Positions 25,126-64,000 of a stretch of DNA of 64,000 nucleotides are shown in pieces; position 1 is the stretch's first letter, and every line of letters begins with the position of its first letter. The DNA comes from Tubiluchus corallicola (taxonomy: Eukaryota; Animalia; Priapulida), in contig JAQGDQ010000154.1 in the NCBI GenBank assembly GCA_030141605.1, positions 124,001-188,000 on the forward strand, in the 5' to 3' direction. The notes below the pieces were generated by a model, which was not told the DNA's origin, searched no databases, and worked only from the letters and a program-made list of their open reading frames with translations. The translations under genes and the position numbers were made by a program.

Positions 25126-28100
25126 GCAGTTTTTTAAACTGTTTACATACAAACTTTAATGTAAATATGATCTTAAATTTATATTTGCAATGTAATTTTC
25201 ATTTTTGGCAATAAAGAATACTAATAAATAATAAACGAATTAAAAGGCGAAACTAGCATTTCGTAATTGGCTTGTACTATATAATCAATACTACCTTCTT
25301 GTCAGTTATCCGTAGACTAATAATTAGCTAGTTTTGCTTAAATACAAACATTTATGAAAAAGTGACTATTGCCTATGATAAAAACGACTATAAAAGCCTC
25401 TCGTGTAACTAATAAGTTTCTTTTAAATTCGCGATTACTACACAAATTTGACAACTCATTTACTGATATTACGTCAGTTATAATTAACAAATTCATTAAA
25501 ATTTTGACCTATGAACAGGAAGGGCTAAAGTACTTCATTGAAACGTAATAATTTATGCCTGTACAAATCTGTTCACCTAATTTTCAATCAAGTTTTACCT
25601 TGTCTTAGACTGTGTTTACTAACATAGAAGTTTTGAAGTTAAGTTTTTTACTATTGTTGTATTTTTTACTTTCTATTTTTGTTCAAGACTTCGGGTTTAA
25701 GTGCGTTTTTATGTTAGACTTGAATAGATTCATACAGATAATTGAGAAATTTCAGGCTTATAGTTCATTATTCTAAGCTTATTGTCTAACAGGTCTTCCA
25801 AACAATTTATGAATTTCAATATGGCATGAATGTGTCTGTGGAGAAACGAACAAGAATAAACTTATGATATTAGTTTGACTACAAGCTATGAAAGTCGGTT
25901 ATTACCACATTATGTGTTTATATCGGGTGGCGCAGAAAAATGTGCCGAAATTCAGATTAAAATAACGTTTAGAAGCGAGTGCTCTATAAAGCTGATACCG
26001 TGTTTCATTGACGCTTGATTGAAAGTTGTAAATTTATAACTTTATAAGTGTTTAGGTTATAGCAAAAAAACTTTTTTGTGCCACTTGATATAATAGACAG
26101 TAATTACAGTTTGCAACGGTTTTCATGATCGTACATGAGTTTATAAGAATTATAACTTGATTTTACATAATTTTTCCGTTTAACGGTAAACGTATTACTT
26201 CATAATCTAAACCTGTTGCTCTGCCACGCGAGTCTAGAAAGGAAACCGAGGTTTTCTTTATCTTCATTCTAATGCTAAAAGTTTGTTAAGCAAATTGTAC
26301 TAAAGCAGGGCAATCCAAAACAGGGTCTGCTGCTAAAAAGATGCATCTCTTTACGACTTTAAATTTAATAAAATATTCATTTTTAAAGTCATGAAGTTGA
26401 TTAAAACTCGTTAGTATTTTAACATTTAACATATCTTATGTCGGTGGTGACGTAGTTGATTTAAACCTTGCATTCTTATTTCTAAACAGACCCTCTTTTA
26501 CTCGATCAGACCTCATTACCCATTGCCAATATTGGTTTTATTTATGAAAACTTTATGAGTAACAGGTATAATACGACAAAGTTGCATTCACTCGTCACGA
26601 TCATGCTAATCGCGGCTACCTGTTACTGACCCCGCCTACCTGCGCCGTTATCTACCAATTAGTACTGCCTCATCGGTTCATTACAGCTCAATAAGGAAGC
26701 TGATTGGCTGACAAGTTGCTAGCAGGCTTCTGCCTGCCACACGAACTAGATTGTCTCTATCAATGGAGTCTTATATTTTTATGATCAAGGCATTGGTGTT
26801 TACTTTACTGACCGGTAGGTCTAATAACTGTTTAGAGATAAGCAGACGTGATACGTGAGACTTCGCAATTCAGTATCATTACTATTTATAAGCGGCACGC
26901 GAACGTCCAGCGATGTCGCGTGCGTTGCGCGGGTTGTAACAGAATTATCATGTTTTAAATTAAATCACTGTGCACGGTTTCATGAACTTGCGTACGATAT
27001 AGGCACTTGAAATAAAAGTTTAATGTGGTGTTAATACGAACAAACTATTAGCTCTTATTGAGTTTTCTTGTTACTACGTTAAACTTTTTCTTGTAAATCA
27101 AAACACTATTGAAACTAAAAGTGAGATATGTGTTGGAAATGTATTACGTATTGTGAAAAGGAAATCACTGGCAAATATGATAACAACAGAGTGCACAGTT
27201 ATAAACGATGTATCATAAAGTTTGACTATAATGCTGAAATGTGAAAAGTAGATTGCATAACCTTTGTTAGCGAAAAAAGAATTTACGAAATTACATCATT
27301 TGGATGCCGAAAACATAAAACGTTTTGGTACACAAAACTATTGGTGAATAGGAATTGAAATTTACGAAAAGGTGAGTACATTCCAATACGGACATAACTA
27401 TTCGCAGTTTTCAAAATTCCCGCCGTCGCTTATGTAAGTTATAACTGGTCAAAACTTGACGGACAATTGCTGGTGCATTAAGCGCCATATTGGCAGTCGT
27501 TGACGAAAGATTAATAAATACTTATACGTGCCAAATCATACATTTCTCAGCTCACCAGCCTCCGCGGTTATTGAGCTTGTACAACCGCTTTTGTGCCGCT
27601 TTTGCACCAGTTATAACAACTTTTTTGACGATGTATAGCCCGGGCTAAACTCCATTTTAGTAACGCTTAATTTTATTTGCGGCGTCTGGCGGAATAGATT
27701 TAACTATTCTTTGTTATCAGAATGAGAAATCATCTAAAAGTCATTTATTGCGGTTTGTGACTACGTATGTAGCTTATTGACTAAAAAATTTACACGGAAA
27801 TAACGAGGTGATTGCCGCCATCATATTTTAGTTATTTTACTCCACATGTTTGTTCACGCACATGTTCTGTAGAATTAAAAACAATGTTATGCATTCACTG
27901 TTAAAAATATTTTAGGAATTTGGAAACTGACAATTCAGTTGGCCCATAAGGGCAACATCTCTGGCGTATTACTGTTGCAACACGCTTTTGAGAAAAATAA
28001 GCAGTTATGGTTTCACTTTATACTAATTGACAAGTCTTATTACTAATTAACACATTATAAGCACACAATTTCATGGTATATTATGTGCAAAAAATGGTGC

Positions 28101-28209
28101 TTATTAACTGAATTCTGCATAATCTCAGGACTTATTTTTTTATTGCTGGTCTGTGCGGCCGCAGTTAATTAATTTGACAAGCTATTCAATTATTTTTTAG
28201 CTAATATAT

Positions 28210-28770
28210 AAGTTTATTTATCATTATATCATTACAACCAAAAGGTTGAATTACGACACAATTACAAGATATAAAGAATTTAAAAGAATAAGCAAGGTAG
28301 AGCATACAAAGACAAACATTATCACAAATATTCAGGAACTAAATAACATGAGTTTATAATAAATAAATCATATGAGATAAAACAGTTCTTGAATCTCTCT
28401 GTTCTGCATTTAGGTAAGTTGTATTGCATATGATGGCGAGTAGTATATCTATGAGTAAGGACATCTATCAATAGAGTGTGGATTTTATTATTAGAATTTT
28501 GAATTGATAAGAACAATTTTTTTACAAAAATTTTCGCGGCGGGTCTATGAAAGTTGAACATTAGTTGAAATTAGACAATTTCCATGGTTTTCATTTGGAA
28601 AAATTATCTGCAAAGAACGTTTTTGGTCAGTTTTTTTAACAAATCAGTGGGATTTTGGGAGAGAGATGAGTGCCATACCTGACAAGCGTATTGAACAACT
28701 GGCCAAATCATGGTGCAGTACATTTTTATGATTATTCATTAGGAAATGTCCAGCTCCTTTCGTTTGTTAA
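28210..28770 (-). mobile_element. Degenerate LINE RT 3' fragment (CR1/L2 group)
   Basis: Minus strand reads MYCTMIWPVVQYACQVWHSSL and, downstream, YNLPKCRTERFKNCFI (ORF 28322..28561), typical of the post-RT region. Confidence 0.75.
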
Positions 28771-29699
28771 TTATACCTTTTCCGAAGAATTAAAAACGGC
28801 AAACCTACAAGCACTAGTTTAATGCTTGGAGGAGCATATCTGTTTTACTGATGTATTTACACTACTTATAGCTTTACAACAGTACCTATTATCTAGGCCT
28901 ACAATATCAATATTCTTGATAAAAACAATAATTTATTTTTTATTTTAGTACCAGAATTTCAAAAATTATAAAAACTAAAAATAACATTTAGTTCTCCAAA
29001 ATGTAACAACTGCAGTACAACTCAAATAAAAGATCACCTTTTCGGCAGGGACAGTTTGGATAATTTACATTTAGGCCGGACTCGAACTCAGAACCCTGAA
29101 GACGAATTTTTGTTAGGCCGCATCTTAACACAACACGCAGTAAAGCCAAACTTGTCAATCACACGTGTTATTATGTAAACCTTATGCAGGGAAAGTCTTT
29201 ATTCATTTTTCTAATAAAAACTGCGCGTTTATCTTCAAACGCAGCTAATTCATAAGAGACCAGACGCACGCTCGTTTTTTTAACTCATTCACAGATTCAT
29301 GACTGTATTGTTCGAATTTACAGAGATAATTGTAATCCAGCGTTAATTATGCGATCAGCTGGTCACGTGGCTCGTCTGCGCGGCTAATTAGATTTGAATC
29401 ATCTTTCAATGTGGGAAACAGCTCAAGTATAAGAAGAAATTAAGATTAAGCCACTGCATCAAATTTGCAGGAATTTAATAATGATTTGATGAAAGGATTC
29501 AATAATGGCTTTTGTATATTTTATTTGGCAATTCCAGGTAATAATATTAGGATTTTAGCTATAGTACGTTATAGTTATAGTTAGTTAGTGACTGAATGGG
29601 CCAACACTTAACTATATTATAAACTATATATGATAACTATTTATAAATTAAACCTGATTAAAAAAAGAAGACATAAAGAAAGTGAAGAAAGAAAAAAAC

Positions 29700-29763
29700 T
29701 GGGCTTGGGATTTGAGCCAAGGTCACTTGGATTACAGCACAACGCTCTATATACAGCTAACTA
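29700..29763 (-). mobile_element. Degenerate tRNA-derived SINE head
   Basis: Reverse complement reads tagttagctgtatatagagcgttgtgctgtaatccaagtgaccttggctcaaatccc (A/B-box spacing). Confidence 0.35.
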
Positions 29764-29811
29764 AAGTCACACATTAAGGTAAAAGCTGGTTTTCTTTGAA
29801 TGCAATATTTT

Positions 29812-29977
29812 CACACTTAAATGCATTGCTTACGTTGAACCCCAACGTTTGGAGTAATGTTTCCACACTTAAATGCATTGCTTACGTTGAATCCCAACGT
29901 TTGGAGTAATGTTTCCACACTTAAATGCATTGCTTACGTTGAATCCCAACGTTTGGAGTAATGTTTCCACACTTAAA
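29812..29977. repeat. 52-bp minisatellite, about 3 copies
   Basis: cacacttaaatgcattgcttacgttgaatcccaacgtttggagtaatgtttc starting at 29812, 29864, 29916. Confidence 0.9.
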
Positions 29978-31406
29978 CGTTTGCCCAATTTGAACCACAA
30001 TGTTGGACGTAACATTTCTTCATTTAAATGCATTAATCACACTGACCCCCCCCCCCCCATGCTGGGCGGACTGTTTCCCCACCTAAATGCATTGCCCACT
30101 TTGAACAGCAAAGTAACGAGTCGAGCAAAAGAATAGGACGTTAAAGAAACATTTTATTTCGCCGATTCAGCAATGTAGCAGCAGAAACGTTTTTCTTGCG
30201 CACACAAAGCGAGTGTCTCAAAGTTTTCACACACAACACAGCCACAGGCCGGCCACTGAATGCATGTAGCTTATAGGTATGCTGAAAGAAAACAATAAAG
30301 ATGGTCCCAGTCTTTACCCAGGTGTGCAAGCGAGAACACTTTCAGACGAGTTGCAGCGAATTTGAAAGCTTACATCAAAAGTTAGTTTCATAACAATTAT
30401 TATAACGTAAAGTTCATGACGTCATTTGCGCATGCGTGCGAACTTCTACGTGTCTTTAGAAGTTATAAAAAACTAAAAGCATTTGTGAAATATCCCAATC
30501 AATTACATGCGACATGCACACTCAAAACTTGAAATGTACTATCAGAATTTTTAGAAAAAAGTATTTCTAACATACTAGTACGAGCATAGGCCCCAAAATT
30601 TCGAAGATCAGACAAAACAACTGATAGGCTAAGAGCCAGCATAGATACCAATGTCACAAATTAAAAAAACAAAAACAATAACAACGCGAGCAGCGCAAAA
30701 ATAATCAAGGTAATTTGAAACATCGGGCAAATAAGTTCGTTACTGAGTCTACATCTGCCTTTGGTCGTTTACTTATTTAACATCAAGGCATAGTTTAATT
30801 AAATCAAACAAACATTCTCGTTCACAAACCGTCATTGTCTGCTGCTCTTCGGTTCATTCCAAACTTTCTATAGAAGCTTTTGCAAGTTCCACTTTCAGTT
30901 ACACACTCCAGCCCTGACAAATGCCTGTATGCAGCCCAGGTTTTGTGCCCTGTCTTCTTTTTGTAAAGATGGACAATGTGACAAAGGGAGTGCACGGACC
31001 TCCAATTTATTTAGCCTCGTGTAGCAAGTGCGCTCATTGTGTGCCCGCAGTTCTAAAGGCTCGTTCACAATGCAGCGTGCGTTGGGATAGCAGAAAATCT
31101 GAGGCTATGCGTTTTTGCGCTTTTGTTCTGTACGCTTTTAACACTTTGACGAGTTTGAAATTCTGAAACAACAGTTCTTCTGCTATTGACAACTATAAAG
31201 TTCATTTTGTAAAAATGTACACGGTTAAATGTGGGAGCTAAGCTGGATCTAATCTCTCTCCAGTTTTTACGGTTGAACCCTTTTTAATACAGTAAGGCAC
31301 GTTGTAAGTCGTAGTCTAGCATGTGTGCTGGTCTGCTAATCTTCAATGGTTGTGGGGATACCGGACCTTATTAATTAACAAGGATAATTCTCTAAGATGC
31401 GCAGAA

Positions 31407-32027
31407 TGAACGCAAAACCGTACTCACTCTTAAACTGTAAGCCAAAACGATCTATTCTTTAAAATATTGAAAGAAAACACATAATTTTTTCAAAAGTGAC
31501 TTACGTGAAGAATTATTACCACACAAGCACAATTTCACGTTCGCGCCACTTGTTATTCGCTGTTACATGCATTTCGCCATTCGCTAGTTAGACTGGCACT
31601 AGCGCCCGCATTTCGGAAACGCATGGCAAAACACAGGTGTTGTACCGCTCAGTTCAGATGTGTTAGTTTGTGAGGAACTGCACTCGTTTGACAGCTCATG
31701 TGTGAGCACAGAAGTAAATTTGAAATTTGAATTTTTATTTTAAAAATGTTTAGTTTTAATACAACACACTGAATATCCTACAGTAGCAGTGTGCTTCAAT
31801 TTTTGTTTTTGAAAACACGCGCAACATGCTCATGGAATGTTTGTGCTTTTGAAAATTATGTTGGTTTGTGACGTCATCAATAGTTGGCCCGCCCGTCGTT
31901 TATTAAGTCTTTAATCTATAATTTAATTATCAGAAACGCCTTTGCAGTATTAATTGTGTTAAAATATGTACTTTTTTCGAACTTGATAATGGGGTAGTAT
32001 ATGAAAAATCATCCTGTCTTCTTTTAA
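31407..32027. mobile_element. Dispersed repeat family B copy 1 (probable non-autonomous DNA transposon)
   Basis: Colinear with 43310..43935 (gaattattaccaca..cacaatttcacgttcgcgccact...ggtagtatatgaaaaatca); ends in cttttaa. Confidence 0.75.
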
Positions 32028-33214
32028 CTATTTAATTTGTGTAAATGTAACGCGAAATTGAAGTGAAACACGAAAAGAGGTTAATTTATTAACTTCTAGC
32101 ACAACGCACTCTACTTATTGAATTTAGAGTTTTTACTGAAAACACTCCTCTGTGGTGAAGTAATCTAGTGACAGTTTAGCTACTTCATGCACAGAAATTT
32201 TCTGTATTTTCACTCGAAGAAAAGCTGTAATATGTTCATTAATTGTGTAATTTAGAGGAAACTGTATTCTTCAAGAACTGTCGAAAACTGTTAGGATTAT
32301 TGTCAAGGACCGCTGTTTGTCGCTACGTGATCAAGTGGCTAAGATAGGAATGATAAAGATGACGATGATTTTAATGATGATGTGATATATATCATACGGA
32401 AATGTAAGCGTGTATGGGCATTGAATTGTCGGTGTATTTTGCAACATGGAAGCAGACAGCCGCAGAAAGTGTTAGGCAAAAGAGCTCGCTTTTTGTATTA
32501 AGGCGTTTATTAAGTCTAATATTTATGCTTTTATTAGAATAAGGTCCAGAAAACAATAGCACCGCAGCACAAAAACAGCAGCAGCTATAGATTGTCACAC
32601 TGCCATGTACTAAACAGGCTTTAATGGTATTTTTATAATGCAAAATGACTATTGTATTAATTGCTAGTTTAGCGTTTTCTGGTAATTTTAAACATGGAGG
32701 CATGGGGGTAGTGAAGCATGGTCATATGTAACGGTATTCATTAAATTTACCACTTTAATAACTCCAGTGATAATGTCAGTGCGAACTATTGTAAGGATGA
32801 CATTGTTACATAATAAAATCACTAAAATTTTTGTTTATTTCAAAAGTTACACAAGTTTTTGCAATGCATGTAAGATTTTGTAAAGTTAATTCACTCATTT
32901 ATAAAACAAACTTAGATGTTAGTGCAATAATAAAATTAAACTTTCATATTTTTCAGTAATTTATGTGTAAGTCAATATCTAAAAATGTTTTACATAGATT
33001 TACAACCAGCTGACATCGCTAATTGCTTTTGTAAAATTGACAAATACATGGATGCCAAAGAATTGCACTAAATCAGTTCGCTTAGGTAAAAATGATGGAA
33101 CGTACCGTCCCCGGAGGCGAGGAGGTTACATGATGTGCACAGGGACGAAAGCTGTGTAAACACACACCCGCATTTTGTCAATTGTTGTTATACAGGACAG
33201 ATACTGTGAAGCAA

Positions 33215-33498
<284 letters not shown>

Positions 33499-34386
33499 TT
33501 TCCTTGTTCTTCTGTCTGCTTCGTTCCCTTTTCTTTGGCCATTCAATTCATCTTTTCCGTTTGCCTTTGTTTTTTATTTTCCCACCACGCAAACATCATC
33601 ATTCTCAATTAGTATTAATAAACTTTGACAAAAAGCGCTGCTGTACTGAGTTTACTCTGCATTTTTTTGCATAAACTACGACACTTACCAGTTTTACCTA
33701 CTACATTGGCAAACTTGTACTAACAGGTGCTTCTATTTGTAAGAGCGTTTTTCAATACACTCCGAGATTGAAAGTATATTTATTTTGATATTCTTATCTT
33801 GCCGCCTTATTTTTTTATATTGTTATCTTCCACTTTATGTTATGCGTTTATATCACGTTTAATCAGCAGTTAACTGATCTTACGCTTATTATTGAATGGG
33901 CGGAGCCTCGGACATTTTGGGAGTGAGGTTGTGCCCTAGCAGCCAGCCAGCGGAACCATCAGTTAACTTTAACCATTACTGTGCATTAATAGAAGTAGTG
34001 ACTTTACTATGTGTGTTATTAAACTGAAATAGCGCGGAGGATTTTATAGTAAATTATTGTGTATCAAAACAACGTGTTTACCAACTTCGTGAATTCAAAT
34101 AAACTTGCTTTGCTGAGGGTACAACTTACATGTTATAATTACTGAGAACTTGGAAATACAGTTGATATGAATTCTTGGAATAATTGAAAAAAAATCGTCA
34201 ATCAGCTGCAGCGATCGAATTGCAGGATATCGACAGTGCAATAACTATTACAGTGAGCGGTATTTAGACGTTATAGTTAACAAAAGAGAATTTTGAGGAA
34301 TTATTCTAATTTTCAGAATGAGACCCACATCTACACCCAAAATGAGCGATTAAAGTTTGCGTAAGTTTCCGTGATTTATCTAATTT

Positions 34387-34680
34387 AGGTTTTACACGTG
34401 AAATTTAAACATAAGAAAGTTCAAGCGTGACTTAGGTAAGTCAAATGTAGACATAAGAATTTAAAATGTGTTTTGGTAACTCAAATGTGACATAGGTAAG
34501 TCAAATGTAGACACAGACATGTGTCTACATTTGATTTACTTATAAATGCTTACGATTTGTTGAAAACCATTGTTAACACATTTGAACTACCTAAGTGTAC
34601 ATTTGTATTACCAAAACACATTTGAATTACCTAAATCCATATTTGAGTTAACGTAGGTCTACATTTGACATGTAAAACCT
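34387..34680. mobile_element. Foldback MITE family C copy 1
   Basis: Ends aggttttacacgtgaaat / atttgacatgtaaaacct, internal CAAATGTAGAC / ATTTGA sub-repeats; inverted copy at 57008..57400. Confidence 0.75.
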
Positions 34681-34992
34681 GTAAGATGAGGATATTTTTA
34701 TAGTACCAAAATTATGAAGTGCTGTGAGTTATATCAGCTATAATATATTTTTATTATACGATTTTTAAAATCGGCGCCTCCATTTCAGTGAACAATAAAC
34801 ATGAAAGATTAAAATTGTCTTTATTTGTTCATAAAACTTTGAAATTGGAAAATCATTTGAACATCATTCTCCAATACCAGAATTAACTCAATGAATTAAA
34901 ATTATTAATATTGAAGCTGCAAAAGTAACACCGATTGATTTGAATTTACATAATGTAATGGCTTTAATTTTATATACTAGTGTTATTCACAT

Positions 34993-35398
34993 ATACTATA
35001 CTATACTATACTACGCTATGCTATGCTATGCTATGCTATGCTATGCTATGCTATGCTATGCTATGCTATACTTACTATACTATACTATACTATACTATAC
35101 TATACTATACTATACTATACTATACTATACTATACTATACTATACTATACTATACTATACTATACTATACTATACTATACTATACTATACTATACTATAC
35201 TATACTATACTATACTATACTATACTATACTATGCTATAATGTAATATACTATACTGCACTACGCTACACTACGCTACAGTACGCTACACTACGCTACAC
35301 TACACTACACTACACTACACTACACTACACTACACTACACTACACTACACTACACTACACTACACTACACTACACTACACTACACTATACTATACTAC
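34993..35398. repeat. Compound pentanucleotide microsatellite (TACTA/TGCTA/CGCTA/CACTA)n
   Basis: Directly visible. Confidence 0.95.
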
Positions 35399-35885
35399 TG
35401 TGTGTTACACCATACTATGCAATTTTATCATACGTCACTAATAAAATGCCTAATTGAAAGCCTATATAACCAGCGTAATTGTAGGTCTGTAGATAAACCT
35501 ATGAATTAGAGGTTGTAATTAATTACTGTACCATAGACTACCCATTTTCCATTAAAAGTTTTAATTATTGTTTTCGGTTAGTGGTAATTAACTTTTTAAA
35601 TTTTTTGAAAACAAATAATTATGAAATAACTGTAAGCTATTAATTGAACTGTTTATGTTTCCGACCAATTTGCTCAAAGCCAGAGTAAGATTTTACAAAC
35701 GTGACGCTGAGATATTAGAATAAAATAAGTAGGAAAGTTTATAACTATGTACCTGTCAGTTGCTTGATGCGTTGATGCTGAGCCCACGCACGTTTAACTC
35801 TGCGATGAGTTACATAAAAAGGCAATTGTTTGCAATTATGGTTTAATAAGTAAATAATTAATTAATAAACTAATTTTCTAATTAG

Positions 35886-63430
<27,545 letters not shown>

Positions 63431-63806
63431 GTTAGCAAAAACAAAAGATAATTGGATACGATAATAAAAGCTTTTATAATTGCTAAAAATTTCTAGGCTA
63501 AATATAACTGTCACTAAAATGTAAAATGTAAAAAGAATGTTACTGAGCTTGGATATGAAACAGGGATGCGAAATCTGGTGTTTTTACCACCAAACTACAC
63601 AATGTGCTAAGACCAATCTGATTTCCATACTAATAACTCTACAGTTTCCAAGTGTTGTAGAGTAACTGACCATTTTAAATGAAATACAAATAGCATTTTA
63701 CACACATTATTTCGTGTAGGTAACTAATTAATCACGATCTTAATTTCGTGATAATAAATTAAAGATCATTATTAAATTCTTGAAAATCGTTTTCCTAACA
63801 CAGTTA

Positions 63807-63882
63807 GCTGAGTGGTGTAGTCTCAGTGGTAAAGGTGCCATAATTTGTAACCTGGGGTCCTGGTTCAAGTCAGCCTCAGTCC
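63807..63882 (+). mobile_element. tRNA-derived SINE head / tRNA pseudogene
   Basis: A-box-like TAGTCTCAGTGG, B-box-like GGTTCAAGTC, partial acceptor stem gctgag/ctcagt; anticodon arm not properly paired. Confidence 0.5.
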
Positions 63883-64000
63883 TGATTTTTTCACATCGCT
63901 TGTTTGTAAAGTTGGCTTTAAATACGTAACGCTATTTTTAATTTTCCCCAAGCGGGCTATTTGGCCTACTGGCCTATTTTGGAGCCGTATTATTTTCGCA

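Noticed and set aside
34940-35457. YYTIL/HYTTL repeat ORFs
   Set aside because: Translation of the pentanucleotide microsatellite.
63807-63882. Functional tRNA gene
   Set aside because: Anticodon and T stems do not pair convincingly; better explained as a SINE head or pseudogene.

Overview
AT-rich, intron-containing animal genomic DNA (repeat content suggests a non-vertebrate bilaterian; the species cannot be determined from the sequence). Two + strand genes. (1) A complete holocarboxylase synthetase / biotin--protein ligase (HLCS): 12 coding exons over 4246..17584, hand-spliced in consistent phase with GT-AG boundaries to 3573 nt (1190 aa). It includes the long MLIT-type N-terminus and a roughly 430-aa acidic low-complexity segment. 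(2) The 5' part of single-minded (SIM, bHLH-PAS): three coding exons (35910..36084, 62763..62848, 63229..63430), with a 26.7-kb intron after the bHLH exon; the gene continues past the window end. The remainder is MITEs (TTAA-flanked Kolobok-like, hAT-like with an 8-bp TSD, TA-flanked foldback), LINE 3' fragments, SINE-like heads, minisatellites and microsatellites. The most notable observation is the HLCS-SIM adjacency, which mirrors human SIM2-HLCS on chr21 but with a different relative orientation. Also noted are CTCF-like sites between the genes, motif-clustered candidate sim enhancers, a candidate recursive-splice/poison exon in the long sim intron, and duplicated splice sites in HLCS. No database searches were run; homology statements are from recall of the families.
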